Below, one piece after another: positions 9,444-19,259 of a stretch of 64,000 bases of DNA. The translations under genes and the position numbers were made by a program. The notes under the pieces are model-generated. The model was not told where the DNA came from. It searched no databases and saw only the letters and a program-made list of their open reading frames with translations. How positions within the stretch are numbered: position 1 is the first letter of the stretch; each line of letters starts with the position of its first letter. Origin of the DNA: Candidatus Altimarinota bacterium (GTDB taxonomy: Bacteria; Patescibacteriota; Gracilibacteria; UBA4473); contig OZ246423.1 in assembly GCA_965231215.1 (NCBI GenBank), forward strand, positions 352,001-416,000, given 5' to 3'.

Positions 9444-9797
9444 TTAGTTTTGTTTTCGCGTCACACCATACACAAAGCCGAACAAAATGCCAAACGCACA
9501 TCTTCAAATTTTGTGACGCCTAAAAGGAATGAAAATTCAAGAATGGAAAATTAGAAATTATTCAAAATATATTTTTAAAACTCCCCCATTAAGAAAAATT
9601 GATGAACCATTCGTTAAAAAAGCCAGGGAGTCAAACCCAAAAATTTTTAGGGAGTTTGGCTTTATTTAGAATGTAAACCATTGTTTTTCTCAAACTTTAT
9701 ATCACGGGGTGGCTTTTTGGGTCCGTTTTTTGTTCACACAAAAAATGGACAAATAAAGGACAAATAAACACGTTTTAATTAAGATAGAGATAAGCAC

Positions 9798-10916
9798 ATG
9801 CAAAATCTAGAATCGATAGAAGCCATTGTTACCAAACTTCAAAGCGAAGGCAAAAGCACTCAAGAAATCATCCAAATGGTCCGAGGCATAGGCCTACCAG
9901 AACCTCTTATAAAAAAGATTTTAAGGAAATTTAAAACGCCTTCCCAAAAAACCGAAGAAGAATTTTGGGATCCGGCAGGGTTAAAAACGCTGCAAGACTC
10001 CCATAATGATCATCGAGAAAAGCTAGAAAAAAAGCTCCAAACTTTTTTAGAAAATCCACGTATTCCACTTAGAAATCTTATGCTTTGTGCCCTGCCAGGA
10101 GTTTTAACACTTGGCCTATTTATCTTATTCCCTCAGACTTTAACCTTACTCCTTACTGGAGACGCCGGACAAGCCCCATTTCAACTAGTTCTTATAGCTT
10201 TTGCCCCCGTTTTTATTTATGGGGCTTATATCAAAACCCTCGAGCGAGACCTGGTTAAAATACTCTTAGCCAAAGAAAAAAACTGGCAGTACAACCCCCA
10301 TCAATCTTCAGTCCACTGGAAAAGGTTTAAATCAATCTTCCCTAAAATTTTTAACAAAGGCAATACAGGACAAAATCTACAAGATGAATTTTGGGGAACA
10401 TTCAAAGGTACGCCCTTCTATCACGGAATCTTTGAATATAAAATAAAAACGCATAGTAAAAAAAATTCACATACCAGAACCTATTATGAAAGCATCTTCG
10501 CTATAAAATTAGAAAAACGTCTTACCCATGATTTTCGAATTGTCCCCTATCATTTTACCAGAAAGCTCCTAAATTTTTTTCGACACAAAGAGATTAATAC
10601 AGAATCCTTTGAATTTAATAAATATTATGACGTGCTCTATGACGGCGAAAAAAGTGTTAAAGCTCTACAAATCATCAAAACCCTCTCCCCGGCCGTAATC
10701 GATAAACTCATCAATCTTCGCAAAAAAAGAGGCCATACCTGGGTTGCCTTTAAAGACGAAATAGTGCTCTTCAAATTTAACGGAAGGTTATTCAAAGAAA
10801 TGCATACCAACTTTTTTAAGTCCATTGAAGTTGATCCTCGAGATACAAAAAAATTAGAACAAGAAATGGAAGATATCCTACATATTGCCAAAGAAATTTC
10901 TAAATATTTGGGTTAA
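9798..10916 (+). CDS. Membrane protein, DUF3137-like
   Basis: Two N-terminal TMs; INTESFEFNKYYDV and LSPAVIDKL segments; upstream of lemA. Confidence 0.6.
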   Translation: MQNLESIEAIVTKLQSEGKSTQEIIQMVRGIGLPEPLIKKILRKFKTPSQKTEEEFWDPAGLKTLQDSHNDHREKLEKKLQTFLENPRIPLRNLMLCALPGVLTLGLFILFPQTLTLLLTGDAGQAPFQLVLIAFAPVFIYGAYIKTLERDLVKILLAKEKNWQYNPHQSSVHWKRFKSIFPKIFNKGNTGQNLQDEFWGTFKGTPFYHGIFEYKIKTHSKKNSHTRTYYESIFAIKLEKRLTHDFRIVPYHFTRKLLNFFRHKEINTESFEFNKYYDVLYDGEKSVKALQIIKTLSPAVIDKLINLRKKRGHTWVAFKDEIVLFKFNGRLFKEMHTNFFKSIEVDPRDTKKLEQEMEDILHIAKEISKYLG

Positions 10917-10927
10917 TGAATCTGGCG

Positions 10928-11001
10928 ATCATGACGAGGCAAAAATAAATTCCTGTTTAGTACGAAGCCATCTATTTGGTAGTAAATTAACTCACAATGA
11001 C
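10928..11001. repeat. Degenerate GTCATTGCGAG...CTCGCAATGAC-type palindromic repeat
   Basis: ATCATGACGAGG...ACGAAGCCATCT...CTCACAATGAC; related half copy at 41175-41220. Confidence 0.35.
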
Positions 11002-11063
11002 ACAATTCTTTTGTCATTTGGAGATTTAAAACTTAAAATTTAAACTGATATATTAAAAAATAG

Positions 11064-11633
11064 ATGGATCTACTCATTTTCATTCTCGTGCCTCTGGCAG
11101 TTATAGGGGTTGTTTACGCCCTTATTTTTAATGGACTAGTACACGCTAGGCAAAAAGTAAAAGAAGCCTGGTCAGGCATAGATGTGCAACTTAAACGACG
11201 GTACAATCTTATTCCAAACCTGGTAAAAACCGTTCAGGGGTACGCCTCACATGAACGTCAAACACTCGAAAGTGTAACTCAGGCAAGGACCGCCGCTATG
11301 GAAGTCCCAGACGGCAATGTTGCTGCACAGGCAAAGGCTGAAAACTTTCTAGCTCAAACACTACGCTCTATTTTTGCTCTGGCTGAAAACTATCCAGACC
11401 TAAAAGCCTCTCAAAACTTTTTACAACTCCAAAACGAACTCTCAGAAACCGAAGATCAAATTGCAGCCGCCCGAAGAATTTACAATGGGAATGTCACTAC
11501 CCTCAATACTAAGGTTCAGAGTTTTCCTTCTAACCTAGTGGCTGGAATCCACCATTTTATGGTAGCTGAGTTTTTTGAACTGGATGAAGATGAAAAAGAA
11601 AAAGTCAAAGAAACTCCAAAAGTAGAATTTTAA
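11064..11633 (+). CDS. lemA: LemA family protein
   Basis: AWSGIDVQLKRRYNLIPNLV, ENYPDLKAS, ARRIYN and FPSN motifs. Confidence 0.95.
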   Translation: MDLLIFILVPLAVIGVVYALIFNGLVHARQKVKEAWSGIDVQLKRRYNLIPNLVKTVQGYASHERQTLESVTQARTAAMEVPDGNVAAQAKAENFLAQTLRSIFALAENYPDLKASQNFLQLQNELSETEDQIAAARRIYNGNVTTLNTKVQSFPSNLVAGIHHFMVAEFFELDEDEKEKVKETPKVEF

Positions 11634-11702
11634 AAACGGAAAAACTTTGCCTAAAACCGACTTTGTGTAGAATTAAGGGGCGAAATAACCAGCATTCACT
11701 AA

Positions 11703-13775
11703 ATGGCTTTTTCTGTTCATACATTTGAAACCAATCCCGAAGGAAACCTAGGATTTGCCTTTCACCAAAGTGTTGGTGAAGGACAAGAGGTCTATTTTTT
11801 AGGTAAATTCACCCCAGGAACTCAAAATCCTCAAGACTTAGCCGAAACCATTTTTGGCACAGTCGTTAACCACCTAGAAAAGTCTAAAATCGCTGACAGC
11901 TACGACCGCTTTGAAGACGCCCTAAAGACCGCGAATCTAGAAGCCAAAAAATTAGCAAATCAATACAGTGAAATCCCAGAAATGGTAATAGCTTACTTTG
12001 ATTTTCATCAGCTTTACCTTTCTCAATCAGGCTCCTCTGAAGCCTATTTAGTAAGAGACGGAGGAGTAAGCCAAATCACAGAAATTCCAGAACAAAGTGA
12101 AGATCTATTCCTCAATATTCTTAGCGGAAACGTAGCCGTTGATGATGTAGTGCTTTTGAGTTCTAATCGAATTCTCAGAACCCTAACTGCTAATGAACTC
12201 ACCGATATCTTTGGACGATCAAACTTTCGTGAAGCGACTAATATGTTCCGACACGAACTTTCTCAAAAATCAGAAGAAGATTTACTCATAACCGTTATTG
12301 GAATTGGCAAAAAAGAATCTACCCCAGCGGCTGGATTTTTAAATCGTGTTATGGGAAGCAGTGAAAGTGAAGCACCCACGGCAAGTAATACCCCAAACAC
12401 CGTAGAAAAAGATAGACCTAGCACTACCAAAACCAAAAGCACAAAAGGAAGTGAGTCTATCCCTAAAAACGAAAGTAATAGTGCTGATAACCCTGAAGAC
12501 TCTGATGTGGCAGAAGCCATTGCCCCACTTCAGGAAGACTTTGCTGAAGAGGCCGAAACTTCGGACTCTGAACCTATCAGCCCTGGATCACGCAGAATTC
12601 TTTCACAAGAAAATATGAACGGCAGTAAAAATAGTTTTGTCATAGTCATCATGAATGTTTTGAGAAACGTTAAAGGATTTAGACCACAAAAGAATCTGGT
12701 AATCTTAGCCGGAGTGGTTCTACTACTCTTTCTGATTGGTATTGGACTTAAATCTATCAACTGGGAATCGGAAGAAGAAGTTCGACTCAGAGAGGAACTG
12801 ACTATTGCCAGAGAGGCCTTACAACAAGCCGATACTTTCCTAATCCAGGGCGAACGGGAATCGGCTAAAGAGTATTTGGCCAAAGCCGATAGCAGCATCC
12901 AAGAAGTATTTAAATCTAAATCAAAACTCTTTCGATCTGATGCTCAGTTTTTATTAGCCGATATCAAATCTAAGCAGCTTCAAGTAGAAAACGCTCGTCA
13001 AGTAACCCCAAATTTAGTGGCTGATCTTGGCGTTAAAAAAGACAATCTTGAAGGGCTCGGTCTCCTAGATCTCAGTGGAAGTTCCTTTGTATTTGACAAC
13101 AAAGATGTACTTAAAGCTGTCAGAAACATCGTCGAAAGTCCAACGGTTATCAGTGAAGGAGGGGGTTCTATCATTGCTGCTGCTAGTCGCCCGGACCAAA
13201 AAATGTTGGTTTTCCTTACCGATGACCCAAGGCTTATTGAATACCGAGAAGGCATTGTCACCCCAATGCAGACTCAAGATGAAAACTGGAAAAAAGGAAT
13301 CGATATCAAAACCTACGGTCGATATGCCTACGTGCTGGCTCCAACCGATAACCAAATCTGGAAATATGAACGAAGGCGATCCAATTATTCTAACAGTGTT
13401 GCCTACAATCAAGGAGCCGACCTGAGTCAAGCTGTAGCCTTTACAATCGATGGGTCTATCTACACCCTTGGCGCTGATGGCGGCATTCAAAAAATCTTCC
13501 GAGGCGTCTCTCAAGAATATGATTTCCGAGACCTCCCTTCAATCCCCTTCTCCGGACCAAACCTAAAAGTATTTACCACAGCTGAGTTAGACTACATCTA
13601 CATTCTAGACCCAGACAACCAAAGAGTACTAATCTTTGTAAAAGGAGATCGATTTGCCACTTACAAAAGACAAATTCTCTACGGTATTGATGATGTACGA
13701 GACTTTAACGTAGATGAAAATGGCCAAAAAGTAAGTATTTTGGCTAAAGATAAAATCTACGAATTCAGTCTGTAA
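11703..13775 (+). CDS. Membrane-anchored protein: degenerate PP2C-like domain, disordered linker, TM, beta-propeller-like C-terminus
   Basis: SGSSEAYLVRDG, S/T/E-rich linker, one TM, then repeated beta segments (AYVLAP..NQIWKY, IYILDPDNQRV). Confidence 0.65.
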   Translation: MAFSVHTFETNPEGNLGFAFHQSVGEGQEVYFLGKFTPGTQNPQDLAETIFGTVVNHLEKSKIADSYDRFEDALKTANLEAKKLANQYSEIPEMVIAYFDFHQLYLSQSGSSEAYLVRDGGVSQITEIPEQSEDLFLNILSGNVAVDDVVLLSSNRILRTLTANELTDIFGRSNFREATNMFRHELSQKSEEDLLITVIGIGKKESTPAAGFLNRVMGSSESEAPTASNTPNTVEKDRPSTTKTKSTKGSESIPKNESNSADNPEDSDVAEAIAPLQEDFAEEAETSDSEPISPGSRRILSQENMNGSKNSFVIVIMNVLRNVKGFRPQKNLVILAGVVLLLFLIGIGLKSINWESEEEVRLREELTIAREALQQADTFLIQGERESAKEYLAKADSSIQEVFKSKSKLFRSDAQFLLADIKSKQLQVENARQVTPNLVADLGVKKDNLEGLGLLDLSGSSFVFDNKDVLKAVRNIVESPTVISEGGGSIIAAASRPDQKMLVFLTDDPRLIEYREGIVTPMQTQDENWKKGIDIKTYGRYAYVLAPTDNQIWKYERRRSNYSNSVAYNQGADLSQAVAFTIDGSIYTLGADGGIQKIFRGVSQEYDFRDLPSIPFSGPNLKVFTTAELDYIYILDPDNQRVLIFVKGDRFATYKRQILYGIDDVRDFNVDENGQKVSILAKDKIYEFSL

Positions 13776-13781
13776 ATAAAA

Positions 13782-14021
13782 ATGAGCACCCACATTAAAG
13801 TGTGCCAAGGCGCTAGCTGTCACAAAAACATGTCGGCTTTTACGCTCGAAAGAGCTGAAAAAGAAGCCTCTAAACGCACAGATATAACCGTTGAGGGTTG
13901 TGGCTGCCAAGGGCATTGCGAAAAAGGTCCGACCGTAATCATCGAAAAAAATGGGGATAAAAAGGTACATCATCATGTTTCAAGTGCCGAAATGGGACAA
14001 CTTATAAAGCAAACAAAATGA
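13782..14021 (+). CDS. Thioredoxin-like [2Fe-2S] ferredoxin
   Basis: VCQGASC ... GCQGHCEKGP cysteine pattern. Confidence 0.85.
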   Translation: MSTHIKVCQGASCHKNMSAFTLERAEKEASKRTDITVEGCGCQGHCEKGPTVIIEKNGDKKVHHHVSSAEMGQLIKQTK

Positions 14022-14758
14022 TACCAATCGTTCAGGGGAAGCTAACACTGATTTCAAAAGAAACGGTAGCTCGAGCAACCTTAAAAATGCATTTTAAAGT
14101 TGAAGCATGGGAAACTTTAAACAAGTCCAAGCAAGGGACAGGCATTTTCAATTTTGCCCCTGGACAATTTATATCTATTGGTTTCACAAAAAAAGCCTGG
14201 AGAGCCTATTCTATAGCCTCTCTTCCCGGTGATCAATACATTGAATTAGTAGTAAGGCTTGTAGAAGGCGGTGTAGGCTCCAAAGCTTTTGATAAAGCTG
14301 TTGTAGGTGATCCATTTGATTTCAAAGCCCCTTTTGGACATTTCCAACTTTCAGAAAATAAACACCCCTTAGTTTTTTGTGCCACAGGCACTGGGATAGC
14401 CCCTATTAGAGCCATGATCTTAGCCGAAAACAAATCTGAAAACCCAAGAGCTATGGTTTGTCTATATGGAGGGCGAGATATTAACGATATTGCGTATCTA
14501 GATGAAATTATGGCCTGGTCTCCAAAGCTAAAAGTATGCTTAGGGTTTTCCCGTAAAAAGCCTGAAAAAATCCCCCCCAAACTTCAAGAGGCTACAATTG
14601 AAAACCATCGGATTACTGAATTTATTAAGCCCCATATCATTCCTGAAAATAGTGAATTCTATATCTGTGGAAATGGAAACATGGTGATCTCAGTAACAGA
14701 AGCCTTAGAAGCCCAAGGCCTACATAAAGATAAAATTTTTATGGAACGGTTTAATTAA
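14018..14758 (+). CDS. FAD/NAD(P)-binding oxidoreductase (FNR-like)
   Basis: FAPGQF, RAYSIAS, GGVGS, ATGTGIAP, FYICGN and C-terminal ERF. Confidence 0.9.
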   Translation: MIPIVQGKLTLISKETVARATLKMHFKVEAWETLNKSKQGTGIFNFAPGQFISIGFTKKAWRAYSIASLPGDQYIELVVRLVEGGVGSKAFDKAVVGDPFDFKAPFGHFQLSENKHPLVFCATGTGIAPIRAMILAENKSENPRAMVCLYGGRDINDIAYLDEIMAWSPKLKVCLGFSRKKPEKIPPKLQEATIENHRITEFIKPHIIPENSEFYICGNGNMVISVTEALEAQGLHKDKIFMERFN

Positions 14759-14910
14759 AAAATGACTCTAAGAATACCTGAAAGGTAATCAAAAATACCA
14801 ACCCAATCTCTACGAGAGCTTGAATCCTTCTTTCAAAAAATCCTAAAAACAATTATTTGCTTTTTTTGTAAATATATTTTATAATGTCAAATCAATTACA
14901 AAAACAAATA

Positions 14911-15519
14911 ATGAAAACTCAAAAAAATACCGTTGTCGCACTCAGCTTTATATTCGGAATACTCTTGAGTGTTCAAACAACTTTTGCCCAATCTACAGAA
15001 GAGGATCTTTTGGGGGATATTTCTGATCTTTTTGGAGATACTTCTACGAGTGAAGACTTTGGATCTGAAATTCCAGCTCCAGACGAAAGTACTGGAGACG
15101 ATTTTTTGGGAGGTTTAGAAGACCTTTTTGAAGATATTACCGAAAGTGAGGAAACCAGCGGCGATACAGAAACCCTAGATGACCAAACAGCCACAAGTGA
15201 TGAACAAAACTACGACCTCTCTGGCATTACGCCTGAAAGACTCTATGGAAGCGCTTTTGAATTTCCTCAAAATGAAACTGATGAGTATTCTTTACTCAAA
15301 AGAGTACCTGGAGCTATTAAACATAGAGGTTCTACTCTACTAGTAATAAGTTCTAAGAAAACACTTTCAAAATACCTGCCATGTAAAGTAGCAGAAACGG
15401 CCAAAATAACGAATGCCCTAGCCAGGCTAAAAATGAGCCAAGGGGCACCACTTGCTTGTAGAGAAGATGTAGGAGCTCGACTTTACATGCCCTACCGGAC
15501 TTTCAGAGGATATCGATAA
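14911..15519 (+). CDS. Secreted acidic hypothetical protein
   Basis: Signal peptide (TFA-Q) and D/E-rich region; TTGCTT-N17-TATAAT promoter at 14857-14885 favours ATG 14911. Confidence 0.65.
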   Translation: MKTQKNTVVALSFIFGILLSVQTTFAQSTEEDLLGDISDLFGDTSTSEDFGSEIPAPDESTGDDFLGGLEDLFEDITESEETSGDTETLDDQTATSDEQNYDLSGITPERLYGSAFEFPQNETDEYSLLKRVPGAIKHRGSTLLVISSKKTLSKYLPCKVAETAKITNALARLKMSQGAPLACREDVGARLYMPYRTFRGYR

Positions 15520-15540
15520 AAACCCAATGATAAATCAGAG

Positions 15541-15568
15541 AAAAACCGTGAGCAATTCACGGTTTTTT
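15541..15568. terminator. Bidirectional intrinsic terminator
   Basis: AAAAACCGTGA-gcaat-TCACGGTTTTT between convergent genes. Confidence 0.8.
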
Positions 15569-17070
15569 TATGATTCAATCCGTTCAATATTAGCCCCTAA
15601 GGTACATAGGTTTTCTACAAAGTTCTCATATCCACGATCTATATAATCAATATTCGTAATTTTGGTAGTTCCCTCCGCGATAAGACCAGCTAAAACCATA
15701 GCCGCCCCAGCCCGAAGATCCCAACTCTGAACCTCTGCCGCTCTGAGCGGAGTGGGGCCGGTAATACGCGCTTGATGTGGATTAAGGGTTTGAATCTTAG
15801 CGCCCATTTTTTCTAACTCCAAAAGGTAAGTAAGACGGTTTTCAAACAACGTTTCAAAAAGCACAGTTTCGCCTTCACACTGAGTCAAAAGGACTCCTAC
15901 AGGACTCTGTAAATCTGTACTAAATCCTGGAAAAATAGCGGTCTGAACCTTGGGGATAGCTTTGAAATGAGCGGTAGGCATAACCTGAAGCTGATTATCT
16001 TTCATTTCAAATTGAGCTCCTAGTCGCTTTAAAATACCGTAAAAAGAAAAAAGTTCTTTATGATCTACATTATCTATCGTCAGATGACCTTTGGTAAGCA
16101 GGGCTGAAATTGCATAGGTTCCAACCAAAAGTCCATCTGAGGGAATTCTAAAATTTCCTCCTTTAAGTTTTTTACTTCCCGTAATAGTGAGATGATGTGT
16201 TCCTATTCCTTCTACTTTTGCTCCCATTTCTTGAAGCATCCGCAGCGTAGCACATACATGAGTTTCAGCCGCAGCAAAGTAAATTTCGGCCGTAGATTCT
16301 TGACCCGCTAAAAACATAGCCAGGTTTTCAGTCCCCGTTACCGAAGCCTCCGAAAGGAGAATTCTATTATTCTCAATCTTTCTTTTTTTAAATTGGGCAC
16401 TAAGTCTTTCCTCTGTTTCTTCAACTTCACATCCCAAAATTTTAAGCCCATCGGTATGAATAAAATTGGGGCGAGCACCAATAACACAGCCCCCCGGACG
16501 AACAATTTCACATTTCCCAAACCGAGTTAAAAGCGGCCCCAGTATAAGGATCGACGCTCGAAATCTTCTCACCTTTTCAGAATGACTCAGCGCTCTTAAA
16601 TCTACCTCTTTGGCCTGGACCTCGACCCTTTTTTGTTCTGGGAAGTATTTCACTTGCACGCCTATTTCTTCAAAAATATCAAGTAAGGCTTGTATATCCG
16701 TAATTTCTGGAACCTCTTCAAAAGTACATTTTTCTGAAGTTAAAAGAGCCGCACAAAGCATTGGCAATGCTGCATTTTTAGCACCACTGACTCGGATATT
16801 ACCATCCAAAACACTTCCTCCTTCTACTTCAAAATAGGCTTTAGGTTTCGCAATTCTCGGCTTTTCATCTCTATTTTCAAACGCAATGAGCTTGTCACCA
16901 CCAAGACGATAAAGTTTTTTTATAACCTCTTCATTCTTTGGCAGACTGGTTCCATCCATCCAATGATGAATTGTCTGACGACTCACTCCTAAAGTTTCAG
17001 CCAGTTCCTTTGGCTTCCAGCGATGGGCTTCCAACCAGTCACGAAAATCCGTTTTAAATGATATCTGCAT
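15568..17070 (-). CDS. murA: UDP-N-acetylglucosamine 1-carboxyvinyltransferase with N-terminal XRE/Cro-type HTH
   Basis: SGAKNAALP, RASIL, PGGCVIGARP (catalytic Cys), PGFSTDLQ, DLRAGAA, IDRGYE; N-terminal ELAETLGVSRQTIHHW..G..LP. Confidence 0.95.
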   Translation of the reverse strand: MQISFKTDFRDWLEAHRWKPKELAETLGVSRQTIHHWMDGTSLPKNEEVIKKLYRLGGDKLIAFENRDEKPRIAKPKAYFEVEGGSVLDGNIRVSGAKNAALPMLCAALLTSEKCTFEEVPEITDIQALLDIFEEIGVQVKYFPEQKRVEVQAKEVDLRALSHSEKVRRFRASILILGPLLTRFGKCEIVRPGGCVIGARPNFIHTDGLKILGCEVEETEERLSAQFKKRKIENNRILLSEASVTGTENLAMFLAGQESTAEIYFAAAETHVCATLRMLQEMGAKVEGIGTHHLTITGSKKLKGGNFRIPSDGLLVGTYAISALLTKGHLTIDNVDHKELFSFYGILKRLGAQFEMKDNQLQVMPTAHFKAIPKVQTAIFPGFSTDLQSPVGVLLTQCEGETVLFETLFENRLTYLLELEKMGAKIQTLNPHQARITGPTPLRAAEVQSWDLRAGAAMVLAGLIAEGTTKITNIDYIDRGYENFVENLCTLGANIERIES

Positions 17071-17252
17071 CTAGAGAAATAAATTACAAAATTAAACTAT
17101 AGAGTCAAATTTTTATAAACTTTTTTGTACTTTAAAAAAACAAAAGTAAAATTACACAAAATTTTTTTGACCCAAATCACATCAAACTAAAGACGAACCT
17201 AAACCTCTAGTAGATCTTGAAAAATTAACCAAAACCCCTTCGAAACTCCAAA

Positions 17253-18272
17253 CTATTTACGGAGAAAGGTAACCAAAAAAGCAATTAAATTCTCTAGGTC
17301 CTTTAAGGCGAGTGTTTCATTAACTGTGTGAGCCTTTTTTACATTCGTTCCTAAAAGAAAAGCTTTTTTCCCTCTCTGATTTAAATCATTAGCATCTGAA
17401 ACCCCCCTACTGGCTTTCAAGAACGGCTCCAATCCAATCTGAGTAAAACTTTCAAATATAACTTTCAAAAAATCATCTTTCTCATTATGTTTGTAGGGTT
17501 CACGCACTAAACCTAAAGACAGACTATCAGTTGTTCCTTTGAATTTTTTAAAGCCCCTTTCAACACACTTCAGACTTGTCTCTGAATCTGAAAAAATCTT
17601 AAAACTACCCATCACCTTTAACTGCGTTTTAGTTTCTTTTCGGCTCTCTTCTCTTATATCTATAAATTCTGATTTATTCCAGTCCTCCCAAATTTGAGCA
17701 AAAATTTGAGCGGTCTGTGCACGGTTTCCCTTAATCTCAAGTTCAAATAGACATTTTCCAGGCGCTTGACTCACTACACCCCCCACTGGCAAAAAAGAGT
17801 CTAAAACCAGACCAAAATTTGATTGCAGATTTTTGAGATCAAACGCTTTGATCCCCGTTCCACCAACCTCTTCTCCCGCCGTAAATAGGACTTCTACCTT
17901 AGGGGTAATGTGAAGTTCTTTAATACAAATTTTTAAAGCCATCAGTATAGCACAAATCCCTACCAAATTATCCGCTCCCAAAATAGTTTTCCCATTAGAG
18001 TGGAAAACTCCATCCTCTAGATGAGGGGCTTTATTTTTGGCCGACTCCACCGTGTCTAAATGAGCGCACAAAAAACAAGACTCCAGTCCCGTCTTATTTA
18101 AAGACCAAACATTATTATGTCTATCTTTTTCCGCCTCCACTCCTAAAGCCTCTAAAAAGCCTAAAACCTCACGCACCATAACGGCTTCTTTCCCAGAAGG
18201 GCTATCAATTTTTCCAAGATGTAAAAACAAATCTATACATTCCTGACTTTGCTTTGAGCTGAGATTAAACAT
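17253..18272 (-). CDS. M20-family (peptidase T-like) metallopeptidase
   Basis: DSPSGKE, AHLDTV, LGADN, GEEVG, GVSDAN and AHTVNE motifs. Confidence 0.85.
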   Translation of the reverse strand: MFNLSSKQSQECIDLFLHLGKIDSPSGKEAVMVREVLGFLEALGVEAEKDRHNNVWSLNKTGLESCFLCAHLDTVESAKNKAPHLEDGVFHSNGKTILGADNLVGICAILMALKICIKELHITPKVEVLFTAGEEVGGTGIKAFDLKNLQSNFGLVLDSFLPVGGVVSQAPGKCLFELEIKGNRAQTAQIFAQIWEDWNKSEFIDIREESRKETKTQLKVMGSFKIFSDSETSLKCVERGFKKFKGTTDSLSLGLVREPYKHNEKDDFLKVIFESFTQIGLEPFLKASRGVSDANDLNQRGKKAFLLGTNVKKAHTVNETLALKDLENLIAFLVTFLRK

Positions 18273-18319
18273 GTGATAAAAGTATACCAACAAGCTCCCC
18301 AAATCATAACAGATAAATA

Positions 18320-19258
18320 ATGAAAACTGTCGCCATCTATTTCTCAGATCCTGAGACCTTAGGGTACCCTCTCAATAAAAAATTCTTTTTTGAGAGCTAC
18401 GCTGAAATAATTGAAAAAATGGCCGAACGAGGTGTAAAAACTGTAATTGTAAGAAACGACAGCTACCAAGGAGCCGGCACGTTTGCAAATCATTTTATTT
18501 GGGACGGAACCACCTATCAAAACGCTCAAGCTCCTATAACGGTAGACCTTATATGGAACCGAGACGCAGCTAATACAATCCCCGAAATACAAGACTGCCC
18601 AATGGTTAATCTCAAAGCATTTGATGCAATCTGCAGAGACAAAATGAAAACCTATCAAACCCTTAAAGATTTTTCTTCTCCAACCTTTTTAGTTCAAAGT
18701 TTCGAAGAAGCCAGAACCAAAGTAGCAAAACTTGAAGGTGAGCGCATAGTGCTGAAACCACAGTTTGGAGAACAATCAGAAGGCGTTTATATAATCAAAA
18801 AAGAAGCCCTAGAAGTCTCTTTATATGAAAACTGGAAAAATATTATTGTCCAAGAATTTATAGATTCTTCTGGAGGCATTCCCAACCTCGCTGAAGGAGT
18901 GCATGAGATTAACATCAATATGGTCAATGGAAATTTTGCCGGAGCTCGAATAAAAAATATGCATGAAGGAGTATTTGTCGCGACCGTAACAGGAGCCAAA
19001 GGCGGGTGTGAAGTGCATGGAATCCCCTTCAAAAAAGTACCTAAAGACCTCTGGGAAATAATTAAAAAACTCGATAAAGAGCTAGAAAGATTTAACCCAA
19101 GAATCTATAGAGCTGACTTTGCCAAAGGCACACAAGGGTACAGACTTATAGAAATTAACTCCAGGCCTGGGGTCACCCACCCGGAAAAGGAAGGCGAATT
19201 ATACTGGGATTTTAATGGTCAAATTATAGAATCTTTGATATCATATTTAGATCAATAA
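18320..19258 (+). CDS. ATP-grasp domain protein (RimK/YheC-like)
   Basis: DKMKTY, VLKPQFG..SEGV, IVQEFID, ADF and LIEINSRPG motifs. Confidence 0.85.
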   Translation: MKTVAIYFSDPETLGYPLNKKFFFESYAEIIEKMAERGVKTVIVRNDSYQGAGTFANHFIWDGTTYQNAQAPITVDLIWNRDAANTIPEIQDCPMVNLKAFDAICRDKMKTYQTLKDFSSPTFLVQSFEEARTKVAKLEGERIVLKPQFGEQSEGVYIIKKEALEVSLYENWKNIIVQEFIDSSGGIPNLAEGVHEININMVNGNFAGARIKNMHEGVFVATVTGAKGGCEVHGIPFKKVPKDLWEIIKKLDKELERFNPRIYRADFAKGTQGYRLIEINSRPGVTHPEKEGELYWDFNGQIIESLISYLDQ

Positions 19259-19259
19259 A

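Noticed and set aside
12263-13976. Antisense and alternative-frame ORFs over long genes, here and throughout the window
   Set aside because: Shadow frames of well-supported genes with no independent motifs
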